64,000 nt of DNA, from the NCBI RefSeq assembly GCF_009914755.1, contig NC_060928.1, one strand, 5' to 3'. This stretch comes from the human T2T-CHM13v2.0 reference genome, Homo sapiens. The notes beneath the pieces were generated by a model. It saw nothing but the letters and a program-made list of their open reading frames with translations. It did no database searches and was not told the origin of the DNA. Positions 47,390-60,635 of this stretch are shown piece by piece (position 1 is the stretch's first letter; each line of letters starts with the position of its first letter). The translations under genes were made by a program, and so were the position numbers.

Positions 47390-48300
47390 ACTTACTTTTT
47401 GGACAAATATTTATAGTGTTTTTTACGTTCCAGGTAGAGTTCTAGGTACTAGAAAAAATAGTGAATAAAAAATACATTCTACTCTCATAGTGCTTTACAT
47501 TCTCATCTTGGGGTCAGAATAATAAGTAATAAACAAACTATGTAGTATATTAGATAGTAGTGTGTGAAAAGAAGGGAAAAAAGCATAATGAAGATAGAAG
47601 GTGTATGTGGTAGATTACAAGTTTAGATAGCATTACTAGTAAGTTCTCACTGAGAAGATATTCTAGTAAAGACCCAAAAACGGTGAGAGAGTGAGACATA
47701 TAGATTTTAGGGGATGAGAACTCCAGGTAGAAGATACTAGACAACTTTGTAGCAGGTACAAAGTTGTATTGAAAGTATAGCAATGGAGTGAGCAAGTGGT
47801 AAGAAATGAGGTTGCAGTGGTAATGAGGGGCAGGTCATGTAGAAATCTATTGGTCTTTGTAAGTAATTAGACATTCATTCCGAATGAAATAGGAAGCAAT
47901 TAATGGGTTTTTAGTTTATGAGTGAAATGAACTAATTTCCCTTTAGACAAAATGACTTTGGCTGCTTTGTTGAGAATGGAAAAAAGAGGAAAGGACAGAG
48001 CAGGGTAAGTGGTTAAGAAATGATTGAATTAATACAGACTAAATGGGCTAAGGTGGTAGCAGTGGTGGTGACCAGTAGTCTGATCCTGCATACATTTTGA
48101 AGGTAGGGACAACAGGACCCATTGAGGTATTGGATGTGGACTATAAGAAAAGAAAAGTCAAGAATAATGCCAACATTTTTGGCTTGAACTATTTGATGGA
48201 TTTTTCTGGAAAGATGAAGTTGAGAAGGTATGAAGGCAGGAAGAAAACCTGGTGCCTAAATACTCTGCTGTGTTTTAAGAGGAGCATCTGGTATACAAAT
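47390..48300 (-). mobile_element. L2 3' fragment
   Basis: 'acaaatatttatagtg...gttctaggtactag', 'gactttggctgctttgttgagaatgga', 'attttgaaggtagggacaacaggac' are L2 antisense. Confidence 0.75.
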
Positions 48301-50248
48301 TGATTCTTCTTTGCAAAACCAAGAACAACTGTGGATTATTTGTTTCTTTATTTGTTTGTGGCATTGATAAATGAATTATTCCCAGTGAGAAATGAGAGAA
48401 CCTAGAAAAAGCATTTAAGAACTCCCAATTCTTTGTCTAATAAACTAGCTTTTGTTATGCTAGGATCCCTGAGTCTAATATCAGTCATTCAAACAACCTT
48501 TAAGACCTTGTGTCAAAAAATATCAAAATAATGTTATTGTTAGTTCTTAAAGCTAAAGGTAAAAACACATTCTCTTGCTTTTTACTTGTCTTTTTTGGGG
48601 GAGTTGGGGGGAATGGTTTCACAGTCCATCTAATGGATGCCTTATGGATTCTCTAAATGGCAGCCCCAGGTATACACGCATTGGCTTTTGCCGAACCTTC
48701 AGGGTGAGTGTCATTCCCTTCGCTCTTTACTTAGTTGAAATTATCTCTATGCCTGAAGGCACATTTCAAGATCTTTCTCTTCCATAAAGAGTTATCTTAC
48801 CACTCTAGATAACACTTATTTTTATAACAATCACTTATTATTCTTTCATTTTTTGTGTGTTAGATTTCCCTTTCTGTTTAAATTATAAACCAATTTTTGG
48901 GAGGCAACGTATCCCATGCTGAGAAGGAATTCATCACATGCACTGATGCATTTGTGATTTCATAAAAATAGAACTGGACTTTTGGTCAAAAAACATGGTT
49001 TAAAAATAAGTCTTCACTTAAACGTTACTGGCTATTGATCAAGTAATGTTAAGCAGTTATACTCAACTTTTCCAAGGTTTAGTTTGTTTGTTAATACTGC
49101 TGAAATATTTCACTGAGTTTGAAATATGTTTGATTTCCCAGCATTATGGGGAGGATTAGATGAAGTGCTTTGTCAATGTTAGGAAATGTAGTTGTGTTAT
49201 ATTCTAGACCAGAGTCTCCATTATGGGCAGCACTGATCACCCAGCACCATATCAAGCCAGGCTCTTCAGGAGTTACTCAGGCTGGTTGACTTTTTCCAAC
49301 ACTTCAGCAGTTCTCTCCTTAATGGCTTCCACATAGCTAAAATTTCCATGTATCTTCTCATTTACTATACCTTGAATATTTTGAGTTTCCAAATAGCTAG
49401 AGTTTTTAACATGTCAAAAAGCTCTCTGGGTGAGTTTAGCATTGTCATAAATGGAGCACTTTGAGATATAAATGATGAGAGGGACAACTTCCCTTTAATT
49501 TCATTGATTACTATCAACTGCCAATCAGGCAGTACTTACCCCACCTGCTAACTAATCCAAAAGCAACACTTAGCTCAGAGAAAAGCAAAGGTAATATGCA
49601 AAAAGCCGACAGTTTCAGCTGTTAACAATATTATTAATTAACCATTTCCAGAAGAGTTTTAAATTATTCATTGACATTTTATTGTTATTAACAATACATT
49701 TATTGAGCACCTATCAAGTACTAAGATTCCCAAAATGGTATAAAACACAGCGACTGCTCTTGTGTCATTTAAAATCCATTAAAATATACACAATTTTTTC
49801 AGGTGTGTACATGTGCTCAAGGTTCTAGTGCATACTTAACTGTAATAACGGGAGAGTGAGAAATCCAAAAGCAGGAGAGGATAAACAGATTTAAAAAAAA
49901 AAGTCGGTTCCCTAAGTTTACATGAAGAATGTGTTTACCTAAAGGCTTCTAAGCGACATTTTGATAAAAACAGTTTATGAGATCCACTTCTACCAATGAT
50001 AACTTTCTTTCCTCCAAATCTGGCTGCTGCTTACATCTCTCTAAAAGGACTACTTTTTATATGCAGAGGGACATTAATTCATTTTCTAATAACAGAAGCA
50101 AAAACTTAGAGTGACATAAAAAACAACAGAAGGAAGTAGAATTAAAGTACCATGAAGATAGAGACTATGACTATTTTGCAAATTCCCAGGACTCAGGAGG
50201 GAGACTGAAACACAGCAGGTACTCTACAATAAATATTTTTCGAAGGAG

Positions 50249-50284
50249 TGGATGGGTGGATGGACGGATGGGTGGATGGAGATG
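50249..50284. repeat. (TGGA)n-like tetranucleotide repeat
   Basis: tggatgggtggatggacggatgggtggatggagatg. Confidence 0.8.
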
Positions 50285-50619
50285 GGAATTAATTGAATGA
50301 AGCCCTTCAAATTGCAATTGTTAAGTCTAGGACAAAAATCTGCATTTGAGATATGGAAATGGGAACTTTAATTTATTATGACAAAATTCTGAATCTTGCT
50401 CTCTGGTTCACAATTTCCTCCCGTCTTAAAGAAAATGATTGGATATTTAAGATCATTTCTAGGTCTAAAATAAGATACTTTGATAATATGATGACTTAAC
50501 ATTTTGAGTCTTATGTTTAGCTATGATTCATCTCTGAACCAGTAATTTGGAATGCATTTTTAATAATAACAATATTAATTACTAACTGACTTCATGCATT
50601 AGTTAGCTAAATAATCAAA

Positions 50620-50800
50620 ATAACATTTCTACAAAGTAAGAATCATTAGGTGCCTCTTTATCCAAATGAAGAAACTGAGGTTTATTCAGGTAAGTAACTT
50701 GTCCAAGAGCACAGAGGTGGGCATGATAGAGTTGAGGCTATGGATCAGGTCTGGCTCACTCTGATTCCCATGCCTGGAACTGTTGTCTATTATTTAACAC
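50620..50800 (-). mobile_element. MIR SINE
   Basis: 'aatgaagaaactgagg...aggtaagtaacttgtccaagagcacaga'. Confidence 0.7.
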
Positions 50801-51759
50801 ACCTTCTTTTATAAGACATTTGTGTGTAAGAGGTCCATAACTTGAGAAGAGGTACAATGTTGTTTCTTTACAGCTAGGCCAGTCACCAGTGTTGCTGACC
50901 TGGACATAGGGTTAGGATTAGGAAATTCCATCAAGCATAAAACAAGACAAAGATGAATATCTTGTGTCAATGTGTTCAGGATTCAGCCACAAGGCAAGAG
51001 AGCAGATAACAGGGCAGAAGGAATTAAGAGTACGGGGCAGTTTGGGTGGACTGAAGGTAAAGGCAATTTGAAATTTTGGACAGTAGCCAGAAATCAGGGC
51101 ATATAGAAGAACAAAAAAGATCAGAACAATAGCAAGCAAGAGAGCAGAGCGCATGATAGTGTCCATTGACCTTAATCACTGGAGCAGATCTCTTCTGGTG
51201 GGATTTTTTTTTAATCATTGCATATAGCAGAAACCAATTTTCGATTGCAGGTCTGGGAACAGCATGAAGAAGCAGAATTGGCGGCTCCAAGCTAACTGGG
51301 GCAGGGGATCAGTAGCAGCTGCGGGTGAGAAACTCCTGACACCTTAGCATACCTTCTTAGCGCTTGAGAGTTTCACTATCTGTTCAGTCCCTTTTGCAAG
51401 GGGAAATTGGTTCTGCAGCATATATCGTAGCTTCCCAGCTGGAAGAGTGCAATGATGGATTGCTGGAGTCCACACAACTGATGGGTTCTTTCTTTTTTCC
51501 CCTGTCAGGAAAAAGTGACTCATGGCAATCATATATTGGTGTCATATACATAACTCTTACCCTCCCTGCCCTTCTGCACCACCCCCAATATACTAACTCA
51601 CCATTGGCATAAATCTACTTTTGTAATTCTACATTGCAAGTTCCTGGTATTTGCAAGATGCTGTTCTAGGTGGAGGAGATGAAAAGATGAATGAGATATG
51701 ATTCCTGCCTTTGAGGAGTTCACAGTCTAGATGGGAGAAAGGCATGCATAAACCAATAA

Positions 51760-52000
51760 TCATAGCTAACAGATATGGAGCACTTATAGCAAGGCAGATG
51801 CTATTATACTTGCTATATATATTAGCTATATATATTACCTCATTTAATCCTCAAAGCTACCCCATAAGGTACGAGTCTTATCCTCACTTTATAGATGAAG
51901 AAACTCATGCACAGAGGGGCTAAATAAATTACTCAGGATCACTCAACTAATAAGAGTTGGAACCCAGAATTCTAAACCACACAATATGGCCACAGGGCCT
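51760..52000 (-). mobile_element. MIR SINE (within an L2 3' fragment)
   Basis: 'ctcatttaatcctcaaagctaccccataaggt...cactttatagatgaagaaactcatgcacagagg'. Confidence 0.75.
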
Positions 52001-53092
52001 GTCTTGTGAAGATGACATACTGCCTTCTCATAAATAAAAAATTACTGAGTACAATTATCAGAGCAAGAATTGAGACATACAGAAAAGGAAAATGACCACA
52101 TGAAAAGAGTAAAGATTTGCAATGAGTAGAGTAAGTGGGATTATGTTGACTGTCATAGGACTTTTAATACACTTTTCAATTTTTCTGGGCCTTAAGTTAT
52201 TCATGGGGAGAACAATACATATGTTCAGGTGTTATTGTAAAGATAATAAAGACTGTATAGAAAATACCTACCACAGTGCCTGGCATATTAGATATTCAAT
52301 AAATGATGCTTATAATTGAAATAGTGGTAGTTGTTGTTGCTTTTGTTATCACTGTGATGTTGTACATAAGTACTGTAGGGACGCAAAGGAATTGTGACTG
52401 ATTCTGTCTGAAGAGGGAAGGTGGTTGAGGAAAGATATTGTGAGGCTTGGCATAAAAGGTGGCATTTGAACTGGACCTTGAAGGATAATCATTTTCTAGA
52501 CAGATGAAGGGAAGAAATGCATTCTAAATAGAGACAACATGTGCATAACATATGTGGAAAATACCAAGTTTTTGTTGGTTTGGATAAATCATGGTATGTG
52601 TGTCTGCATGTGTGTGTGTGTGTGTTGAGAGTGGCTGGAGATGACACTATAAAGATTTGAAGGGCACACATCATGAAAACCTTGCAAGTCATTGAATTTA
52701 GCCCTAAACTCATAAAATATGAAAAGTTATATGGTAACTAACTCAGCAGTGTTTTGGATCCCTCTAAACTAGTTTTTTAATGGAATGTTTCCTTTTCTTC
52801 CTTCTAAATATTTTAAAACACAATAATACTGCTTTATAAGACAATTATATGGTGTTCAACAGCTGGCCAAACTTTCAGTTTCATTTTACTCTAGAGTTAC
52901 TGTGTGTACTTCTCTGTCTATCAACAATTCATGAGCAAATCAGCCAGTGTCAGAAATGGACGATGAAGAATAAATGTGGCAGAAATATTCCATATAATGA
53001 CTTGTTGGAACTGTTGCCTTTACTGGTCACCCTACTTTTGACCCAGACATAAATTGGCAAAGACCCATTGCTCAACATTTAGATAAGAACCC

Positions 53093-53613
53093 TTTTTTTT
53101 TTTTTTAAATTTCAACTATTAGTTTAGATACAGGGTATACATGTGCAGATTTGTTACATGGGAATATTGAGTGATGCTGAGGTTTGGAGCACAGATCCTG
53201 TTACCCTAGTAGTGAGCATGGTAACTGATAGGTAGTGTTTTAACCCACCCACTCCCACCCTCTAGTAAGCCACAGCATCTAGCATCTATTGTTCTCATAT
53301 TTATGTCCATGTGTGCTCAGTGCTTAGTTCCCACTTATTAGTGATAACAGGTAGTATTTGGTTTTCTGTTCCTGTGTTAATTTGCTTAGGATTATGGCCT
53401 CCAGCTCTATACATGTTGCTGCAAGACATTATTTCATTCTTTTTATGGCTACATAGTATTTCATGGTGTATATATCCACAGTTGCTTTATCCAATGGGAT
53501 GATTTCATGTCTTTGCTCGTGTAAATAGCACAGCTATGAACATACGAATGCATGTGTCTTTTTGGTAGAATGATTTTTTTTAATATATACCCATTAATAG
53601 GATTGCTGGGTTG
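53093..53613 (-). mobile_element. L1PA15/16-like 3' fragment with TSD
   Basis: 'gttacatgggaatattgagtgatgctgaggtttgg' is an old-L1PA 3'UTR; TSD aagaaccc at 53085-53092 and 53614-53621. Confidence 0.9.
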
Positions 53614-54299
53614 AAGAACCCATTTTTTGACTGTTGTTAAATTTAGTTATCCCTGTGAAGGGTAATAAGCAGTATGTGTGTGTCTATGTATGTGTCTTTG
53701 AGTGTGTGAATGACAAAATTCTTGTTTATATAAATATTGTACACACTTGTTTGAAACCATCTGATGTCTCACTTTCCCAGCACTAAAACGAAATGAAACA
53801 AAAGCACACCAATAAATAAATAAATACTTGGCCAAAAAGATACTACTTTTTGGGACAATTAATAAGTAAAATAAGCATAAAAGTTTTTTGAAGAATGAAG
53901 AAATAGAAAAACAAAATGCTATTATTTCCTTTGGTCTTTAGGCAGAAGGACAAATCCAACTACAATGATTTTGTAGCCTTATCTAAAAGCCAATTAGGGG
54001 GAACCTCCATCTGCTCTCATTGCTAACATAGTATAGTCAAGACGCCTTTTGAACAACTGTTTGACTCTTCAGCAGTTATTGCTATTGTAGCTGATTCTCA
54101 TCACTTTCTTTTCTCGCATGACCCCTGGAATATACAAATGATCACATAGTAGATAATTGTATACAATTGTTTATTTAGCCTTCCATCAGAAACATCATTG
54201 TTACTATTGTTTTAATGAAAATTACCAAATAATCTTAATCTGGATTATTCAAAGAATGCCTTTTACTTTGAATGAACTGAGTTTTGCTGTAGAATGCCT

Positions 54300-55090
54300 T
54301 AGTGAAGAAAGTTATTACATATGGTTCTTTGTGTTTCCTTTGCTTAGGTTTGCAGACAAGATGAATTATTTTAATTTTTTTCTTATAAGTTCATCAGGCT
54401 AACTCTTTAATCATTTTTATTGCCCATCTCATCTCAGTTATATTAAATCTAATTTTCCTATATTTGGGTACATTGGTAAATACCAAATTATTTTTAATAT
54501 TCAAATAGTTGTCCCATCAGAATTATATAAACAGTATTTTACTGTCATTGTTAAGTTGAATATTTAACATGTCCAGTTCTCAAATACCGTTTTCATTTTT
54601 GACTCCATTGCATTGCTAGTAAAGTCAAATCTGCCGTAAATGGATGGTACATTCTTTCTGTCCATTATACATGACTTGCTTTTGCTTCCACTGAGTGAAT
54701 TTTAAAAAATTATTTTTACCAATTGTACTAGCCTGATTTTTCAAGTATAAGGTCATTTTTACTTACATATAATCCTTCAAAATCATTTATCTACCTTGTC
54801 ATAATGCATGCTAACAGCACCCTTCAATTCAGTATCATCTGCAAATTTCATTAACATATTGTTTACTCCCTTTCCAGGTGATTGATGTAGATATTAAATA
54901 TGACTATAGTTAACATCAATCCCTTCCTAACTTGGTTACAAGTTTCTTCAAAATAAAATAGCATTTTTAGTATTACTCCTAATTTGTAGTTCTTCAATCA
55001 ATTTTGTATTCTAATGGTACGAGAATGTTTAATGCAAGTTAATTTTAACTTTGAAAGTCTGTCTCAGATTGCTAAAATAAAACATGTTCT
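54300..55090 (-). mobile_element. CR1/L3-class LINE remnant
   Basis: Reverse complement of ~54826-54922 encodes IFNIYINHLE...MLMKFADDTEL, the CR1 RT catalytic FADD motif. Confidence 0.7.
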
Positions 55091-55545
55091 GCTTTCTGTA
55101 TTTCTCACATTAAGTAATTCTAATTCTCTAAAAATTGTGGACAACCTCGTTAACCTGTAAAAGTAATTTATAAATCCAAGTTATCTCTGAAACATGATGC
55201 AATCATCTTGGGGAGACTTGAATGTCTACAAAATTTCTCTAGGGCTTTATAATATCGCTGGTCTGAGAAATTCCATTAATGTTTCATTTGGAAATGTTAA
55301 CTCCTATGAAACTAGGGTATTCTTGTGTTTTTTTTTTTTTAAATATACTTTAAGTTCTGGGATACATGTGCAGAACGTGCAGGTTTGTTACATAGGTATA
55401 CATGTGCCGTGGTGGTTTGCTGCACCCATCAACCATTCATCTACAGTGGGTATTTCTCCTAATGCTATCCCTCCCCTAGCCCCACATCCCCTGACAGGCC
55501 CCAGTGTGTGATGTTCCCCTCCCTGTGTCCCTGTGTTCTCATTGT

Positions 55546-58500
55546 TCAACCCCACTTAGGAGTGAGAATATGCAGTGCTTGGTTTTCTGTTCCTGTGTTA
55601 GTTTGCTGAGAATGATGGTTTCCAGCTTCATCCATGTCCCTACAAAGGATATGAACTCCTCCCTTTTTATGGCTGCATAGTAGTCCATGGTGTATATGTT
55701 CCACATTTTCCTTATCCAGTCTATTATTGATGGGCATTTGGGTTAGTTCCAAGTCTTCGTTATTGTGAATAGTGCTACAATAAACATACGTGTGCATGTG
55801 TCTTTATAGAAGAATGATTTATAATCCTTTGTGTATATACCCAGTAATGGGATTGCTGGGTCAAACAGTATTTCTGGTTCTAGACCCTTGAGGAATCTCC
55901 ACATTGTCTTCCACAAAGGTTGAACTAATTTGCACTCCCACCAACAGTGTGACAGCATTCTTATTTCTCCATATCCTCTCCAGCATCTATTGCTTTATAA
56001 ATTTTTAATGATATAACGCCATTCTAATTGGTGTGAGATGGTATCTCACTGTGGTTTTGATTTGCATTTCTCTAATGACCAATGATGATGAGCTTTTTTT
56101 TGTATGTTTGTTGGCTGCATAAATGTCTTCTTTTGAGAAATGTCTGTTCATATCCTTTGCCTACTTTTTGATGGGATTGTTTTTTTCTTGTAAATTTGTT
56201 TAAGTTCCTTGAAGATTCAGGGTATTAGCCCTTTGTTTAAGTTTCTTGTAGTTTCAGGATATCAGCCCTTTGTCAGATGGATAGGTTGCAAAAATTTTCT
56301 CCCATACTGTAGGTTGCCTGTTCACTCTGATGATAGTTTCTTTTGCTATGCAGAAGCTCTTTAGTTTGATTAGATCCCATTTGTCACTTTTGGCTTTTGT
56401 TACCATTGCTTTTGGTGTTTTAGACATGAAGTCCTTGCCCATGCCTATGTCCTGAATGGTATTGCCTAGGTTTTCTTCCAGGGTTTTTATGGTTTTAGGT
56501 CTTATGTTTAAGTCTTTAATCCACCTTGAGTAAATTTTTGTATAAGGTGTAAGGAAGGTGTCCAGTTTCAGTTTTCTGCATATGGCTAGCCAATTTTCCC
56601 AAAACCATTTATTAAATAGGGAGTCCTTTCCCCATTGCTTGTTTTTGTCAGGTTTGTCAAAGATCAGATGGTCGTAGATGTGTGGTGTTATTTCTGAGGC
56701 CTCTGATCTGTTCCATTGGTCTATATGTCTGTTTTGATATCAGTACCATGCTGCTTTCATTACGGTAACTTTGTAGTATAGTTTGAAGTCAGGTAGTGTG
56801 ATGCCTCCAGCTTTGTTCTTTTTGCTTAAGATTTTCTTGGCTATATGGGCACTTCTTTGGTTTCATATGAAATTTAAAGTAGTTTTTTCTAATTCTGTGA
56901 AGAAAGTCAATGGTAGCTTGATGAGGATAGCACTGAATCTATAAACTACTTTGGACAGTATGGCCATTTTCATGAAATTGACTCTTCCTATCCATGAGCA
57001 TGGAATGTTCTGCCATTTGTTTGTGTCCTCTCTTATTTCCTTGAGCTGTGGTTTGTACTTCTCCTTGAAGAGGTTCTTCAAATCCCTTGTAACTTTTATT
57101 CCTAGGTATTTTATTCTCTTTGTAGCAATTGTGAATGGGAGTTCACTCATGATTTGGCTCTCTGTTTGTCTATTATTAGTGTATAGGAATGCTTGTGATT
57201 TTTGCACATTGATTTTTTATCCTGAGACTTTGCTGAAGTTGCTTATCAGCTTAAGGAGATTTTGGGCTGAGATGATGGGGTTTTCTAGGTATACAATCAT
57301 GTCATCTGCAAACAGAGACAATTTGACTTCCTCTCTTCCTATTTGATCATGCTTTATTTCTTTCTTTTGCCTGAATGCTCTGATCAGAACTTCCAATGCT
57401 ATGTTGAATAGGAGTGGTGAGAGAGGACATCCTTGTCTTGTGCTGGTTTTCAAAGGGAATGCTTCCAGCTTTTGCACATTCAGTGTGATATTGGCTGTGG
57501 GTTTGTCATAAATAGCTCTTATTATTTTGCAATACCTTTCATCAATACCTAGTTTATTTATCATTTTTATTATGAAGGTGTGTTGAATTTTATCAAACGC
57601 CTTTTCTGTATCTATCTGTTGAGAAAATCATGTGTTTTTTTCCCACTGGTTCTGTCTATCTGATGGATTATGCTTATTGATTTGCATATGTTGAACCAAT
57701 CTTGCATCCCAGGGATGAGTCTGACTTTATCATGGTGGAAACGCTTTTTGATGTGCTGCTGGATTTGGTTTGCCAGTGTTTTATTGAGGATTTTGCATCA
57801 AGGTTCATCAGGGATATTGGCCTGAAATTTACTCTTTTGTTGTTTCTCTGCCAGGTTTTGGTATCACAATGATGCTGGTCTCATTAAATGAGTGAGGGAG
57901 GACTCCCTCTTTTTCTATTGTTTGGAATAGCTTCAGAAGGAGTGGTATCAGCTCCTCCTTTTACCTCTGTTAGAATTTGGCTGTGAATCCTGGTCCTGAG
58001 ATTATTTTGATTGGTAGGCTATTAATTACTGGCTCAGTTTCAGAACTTGTTATTGGTCTATTCAGGAATTTGTCTTCATCCTGGTTTAGTCTTGGAAGGG
58101 TGTATGTGTTCAGGAATTTATCCATTACTTCTAGATTTTCTAGTTTATTTGCATACAGATGTTTATAGCATTCTCTGATGGTAGTTTGTATTTCTGTGGG
58201 ATCAGTGGTGATATCCCCTTTATCATTTTTTATTGTGTCTATTTGATTCCTCTCTCTTTTCTTCTTTATTATTCTGGCTAGTGGTCTATTTTGTTAATCT
58301 TTTCAAAAAACAAGCTCCTGGATTCACTGATTTTTTTGAAGGGTTTTCTGTGTCTCTATCTCCTTCATTTCTGTTCTGATCTCATTTCTTTTCTTCTGCT
58401 AGCTTTTGAATTTGTTTGCTCTTGCTTCTCTAGTTTTTTTAATTGTGATATTATAGTGTTAATTTTAGTTCTTTCCCACTTGCTCCTGTGGGCATTTAGT

Positions 58501-59550
58501 GCTATAAATTTCCCTTGAAACACTGCTTTGGCTGTGTCCCAGAGATTCTGGTAAGTTGTGTCTTTGTTCTCATTGGTTTCAAAGAACTTATTTATTTCTA
58601 CCTTAAGTTCGTTATTTGCCCAGTAGTCATTCAGGAGTAGGTTGTTCAGTTTCCATGTAGTTGTGCGCTTTTGAGTGAGTTTCTTAATCCTGAGTTCTAA
58701 TTTGATTGCACTGTGGTCTGAGAGACTGTTTGTTATGATTTCCTTTCTTTGCATTTGCTGAGGAGTGTTTTACTTCGAATTATGTGGTCAATTTTAGAAT
58801 AAGTACAATGTGGTGCTGAGAAGAACATATATTATTTTAATTTTTGGTGGAGAGTTCTGTAGATGTCTGTTAGGTCTGCTTGGTCTAGAGCTGAGTTCAA
58901 GTCCTGAATATCCTTGTTAATTTTATTTCTCATTGATGTGTCAATTATTGACAGTGGGGTGTCAAAATCTCCCACTATTATTGTGTGGGAGTCTAAGTCT
59001 CTTTGTGGTCTATAAGCACTTGCTTTACATATCTGGGTGCTTCTGTATTGGTGCACCCACTAAATATATATTGGTGCATATATATTTAGGCTAGTTAGCT
59101 CTTTTTGTTGCATTGATCCCTTTACCATTATGTAATGCCCTTTTTGTCTTTTCTGATCTTTGTTGGTTTAAAGTCTGTTTTATCAGAGACTAAGATTGCA
59201 ACCTCTGCTTTTTTTTGCCTTCCATTTGCTTGGTAAATATTCCTCTATCCCTCTATTTTAAGCTTATGTGTGTCTTTGCACGTAAGAGGGGTCTCCTGAA
59301 TACAGCACCCTGATGGGTCTCGACCCTTTATCCAATTTGCCAGGCTGTGTCTTTTCATTGTGGCACTTAGCCCATTTACATTTAATGTTAATATTGTTAT
59401 GTGTGGAGTTGATTGTGGCACTTATCCCATTTACATTTAATGTTAATATTGTTACGTGTGGAGTTGATTAACATTAAATGATTAACATTTAATGTTAATA
59501 TTGTTATGTATGGAGTTGATTGTTATGTGTGGAGTAAAGACAGTGCAGTC
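55546..59550 (-). pseudogene. L1 ORF2 (EN-RT-C) pseudogene
   Basis: ORF-track fragments [40 protein letters not shown] and HCWWECK across many frames. Confidence 0.92.
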
Positions 59551-59615
59551 TTTATGATGCTAGCTGGTTATTTTGCCCATTAGTTGATGCAGTTTCTTCA
59601 TAGTGTCAATAGTCT

Positions 59616-60635
59616 TTACAATTTGGTATGTCTTTGCAGTGGCTTGTACTGGTTTTTCCTTTCCATATTTAGTGCTTTCTTCAGGAGCAAGGCAGGCCTG
59701 GTGGTGACAAAAATCTCTCAGCATTTGCTTGTCTCTAAAGGATTTTATTTCTCCTTCCACACTTATGAAGCTTAGTTTGGCTGGATATGAAATTCTGGGT
59801 TGAAAATTCTTTTCTTTAAGAATGTTGAATATTGTCCCCCACTCTCTTCTCACTTGTTAGGGTTTCTGCAGACAGATCTGCTGTTAGTCTGATGGGCTTC
59901 CCTTTGTGGGTAAGTAACCTGACCTTTCTCTCTGACTGCCCTTAACATTTTTTCCTTCAGCTCAACCTTGGTGAATCTGACAGTTATGTGTCTTGGGGTT
60001 GCTCTTCTCAAGGAGTATCTTTGTGGTGTTGTCTCTGTATTTCCTGAATTTGAATGTTGGCCTTTCTTGCTAGGTTGGGGAAGTTCTCCTGGATAATATC
60101 CTGAAGAGTGTTTTCCAACTTGGTTCCATTCTCCCCATCACTTTCAGGTACCCCAATCGAACGTAGGTTTCGTCTTTTCACATAGTCCTGTATTTCTTGG
60201 CGGTTTTGTTCATTCCTTTTCATGGTTTTTTCTCTAATCTTGTCTACATGCATGATTTCTTTAAGTTGATCTTTAATCTCTGATATCCTTTCTTCAGCTT
60301 GATCAATTCAGCTATTGATGCTTGTATATGCTTCACGAAGTTCTTGTACTGTGTTTTTCAGCTCCATCAGGTCATTTATATTCTTCTCTCAACTGATTAT
60401 TCTAGTTAGCAATACATGTAACATTTTATCGAGGTTCTTACCTTCCTTGCATTGTGTTAGAACATGCTCCTTTAGCTCAGAGGAGTTTGTTATTACTCAC
60501 CTTCTGAAGCCTACTTCTGTCAGTTTGCCAAACTCATTCTCCATCCAGTTTTGTTCCCTTGCTGGCAAGGAGTTGAGGTCCTCTGGAGAAGAGGCATTCT
60601 GGTTTTTGGAATTTTCAGCCTTTTTTTCTCCTCAT
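59616..60635 (-). pseudogene. L1 ORF1 pseudogene
   Basis: ATG at 60635-60633; fragments RNLRSIGVPESDGENGTKLENTLQDIIQENFPNL and FQPRISYPAKLSF; frameshifted. Confidence 0.9.

Noticed and set aside
59357-59535. CRISPR-like repeat array
   Set aside because: The units are direct duplications of L1 sequence with no unique spacers, in eukaryotic DNA with no cas genes.
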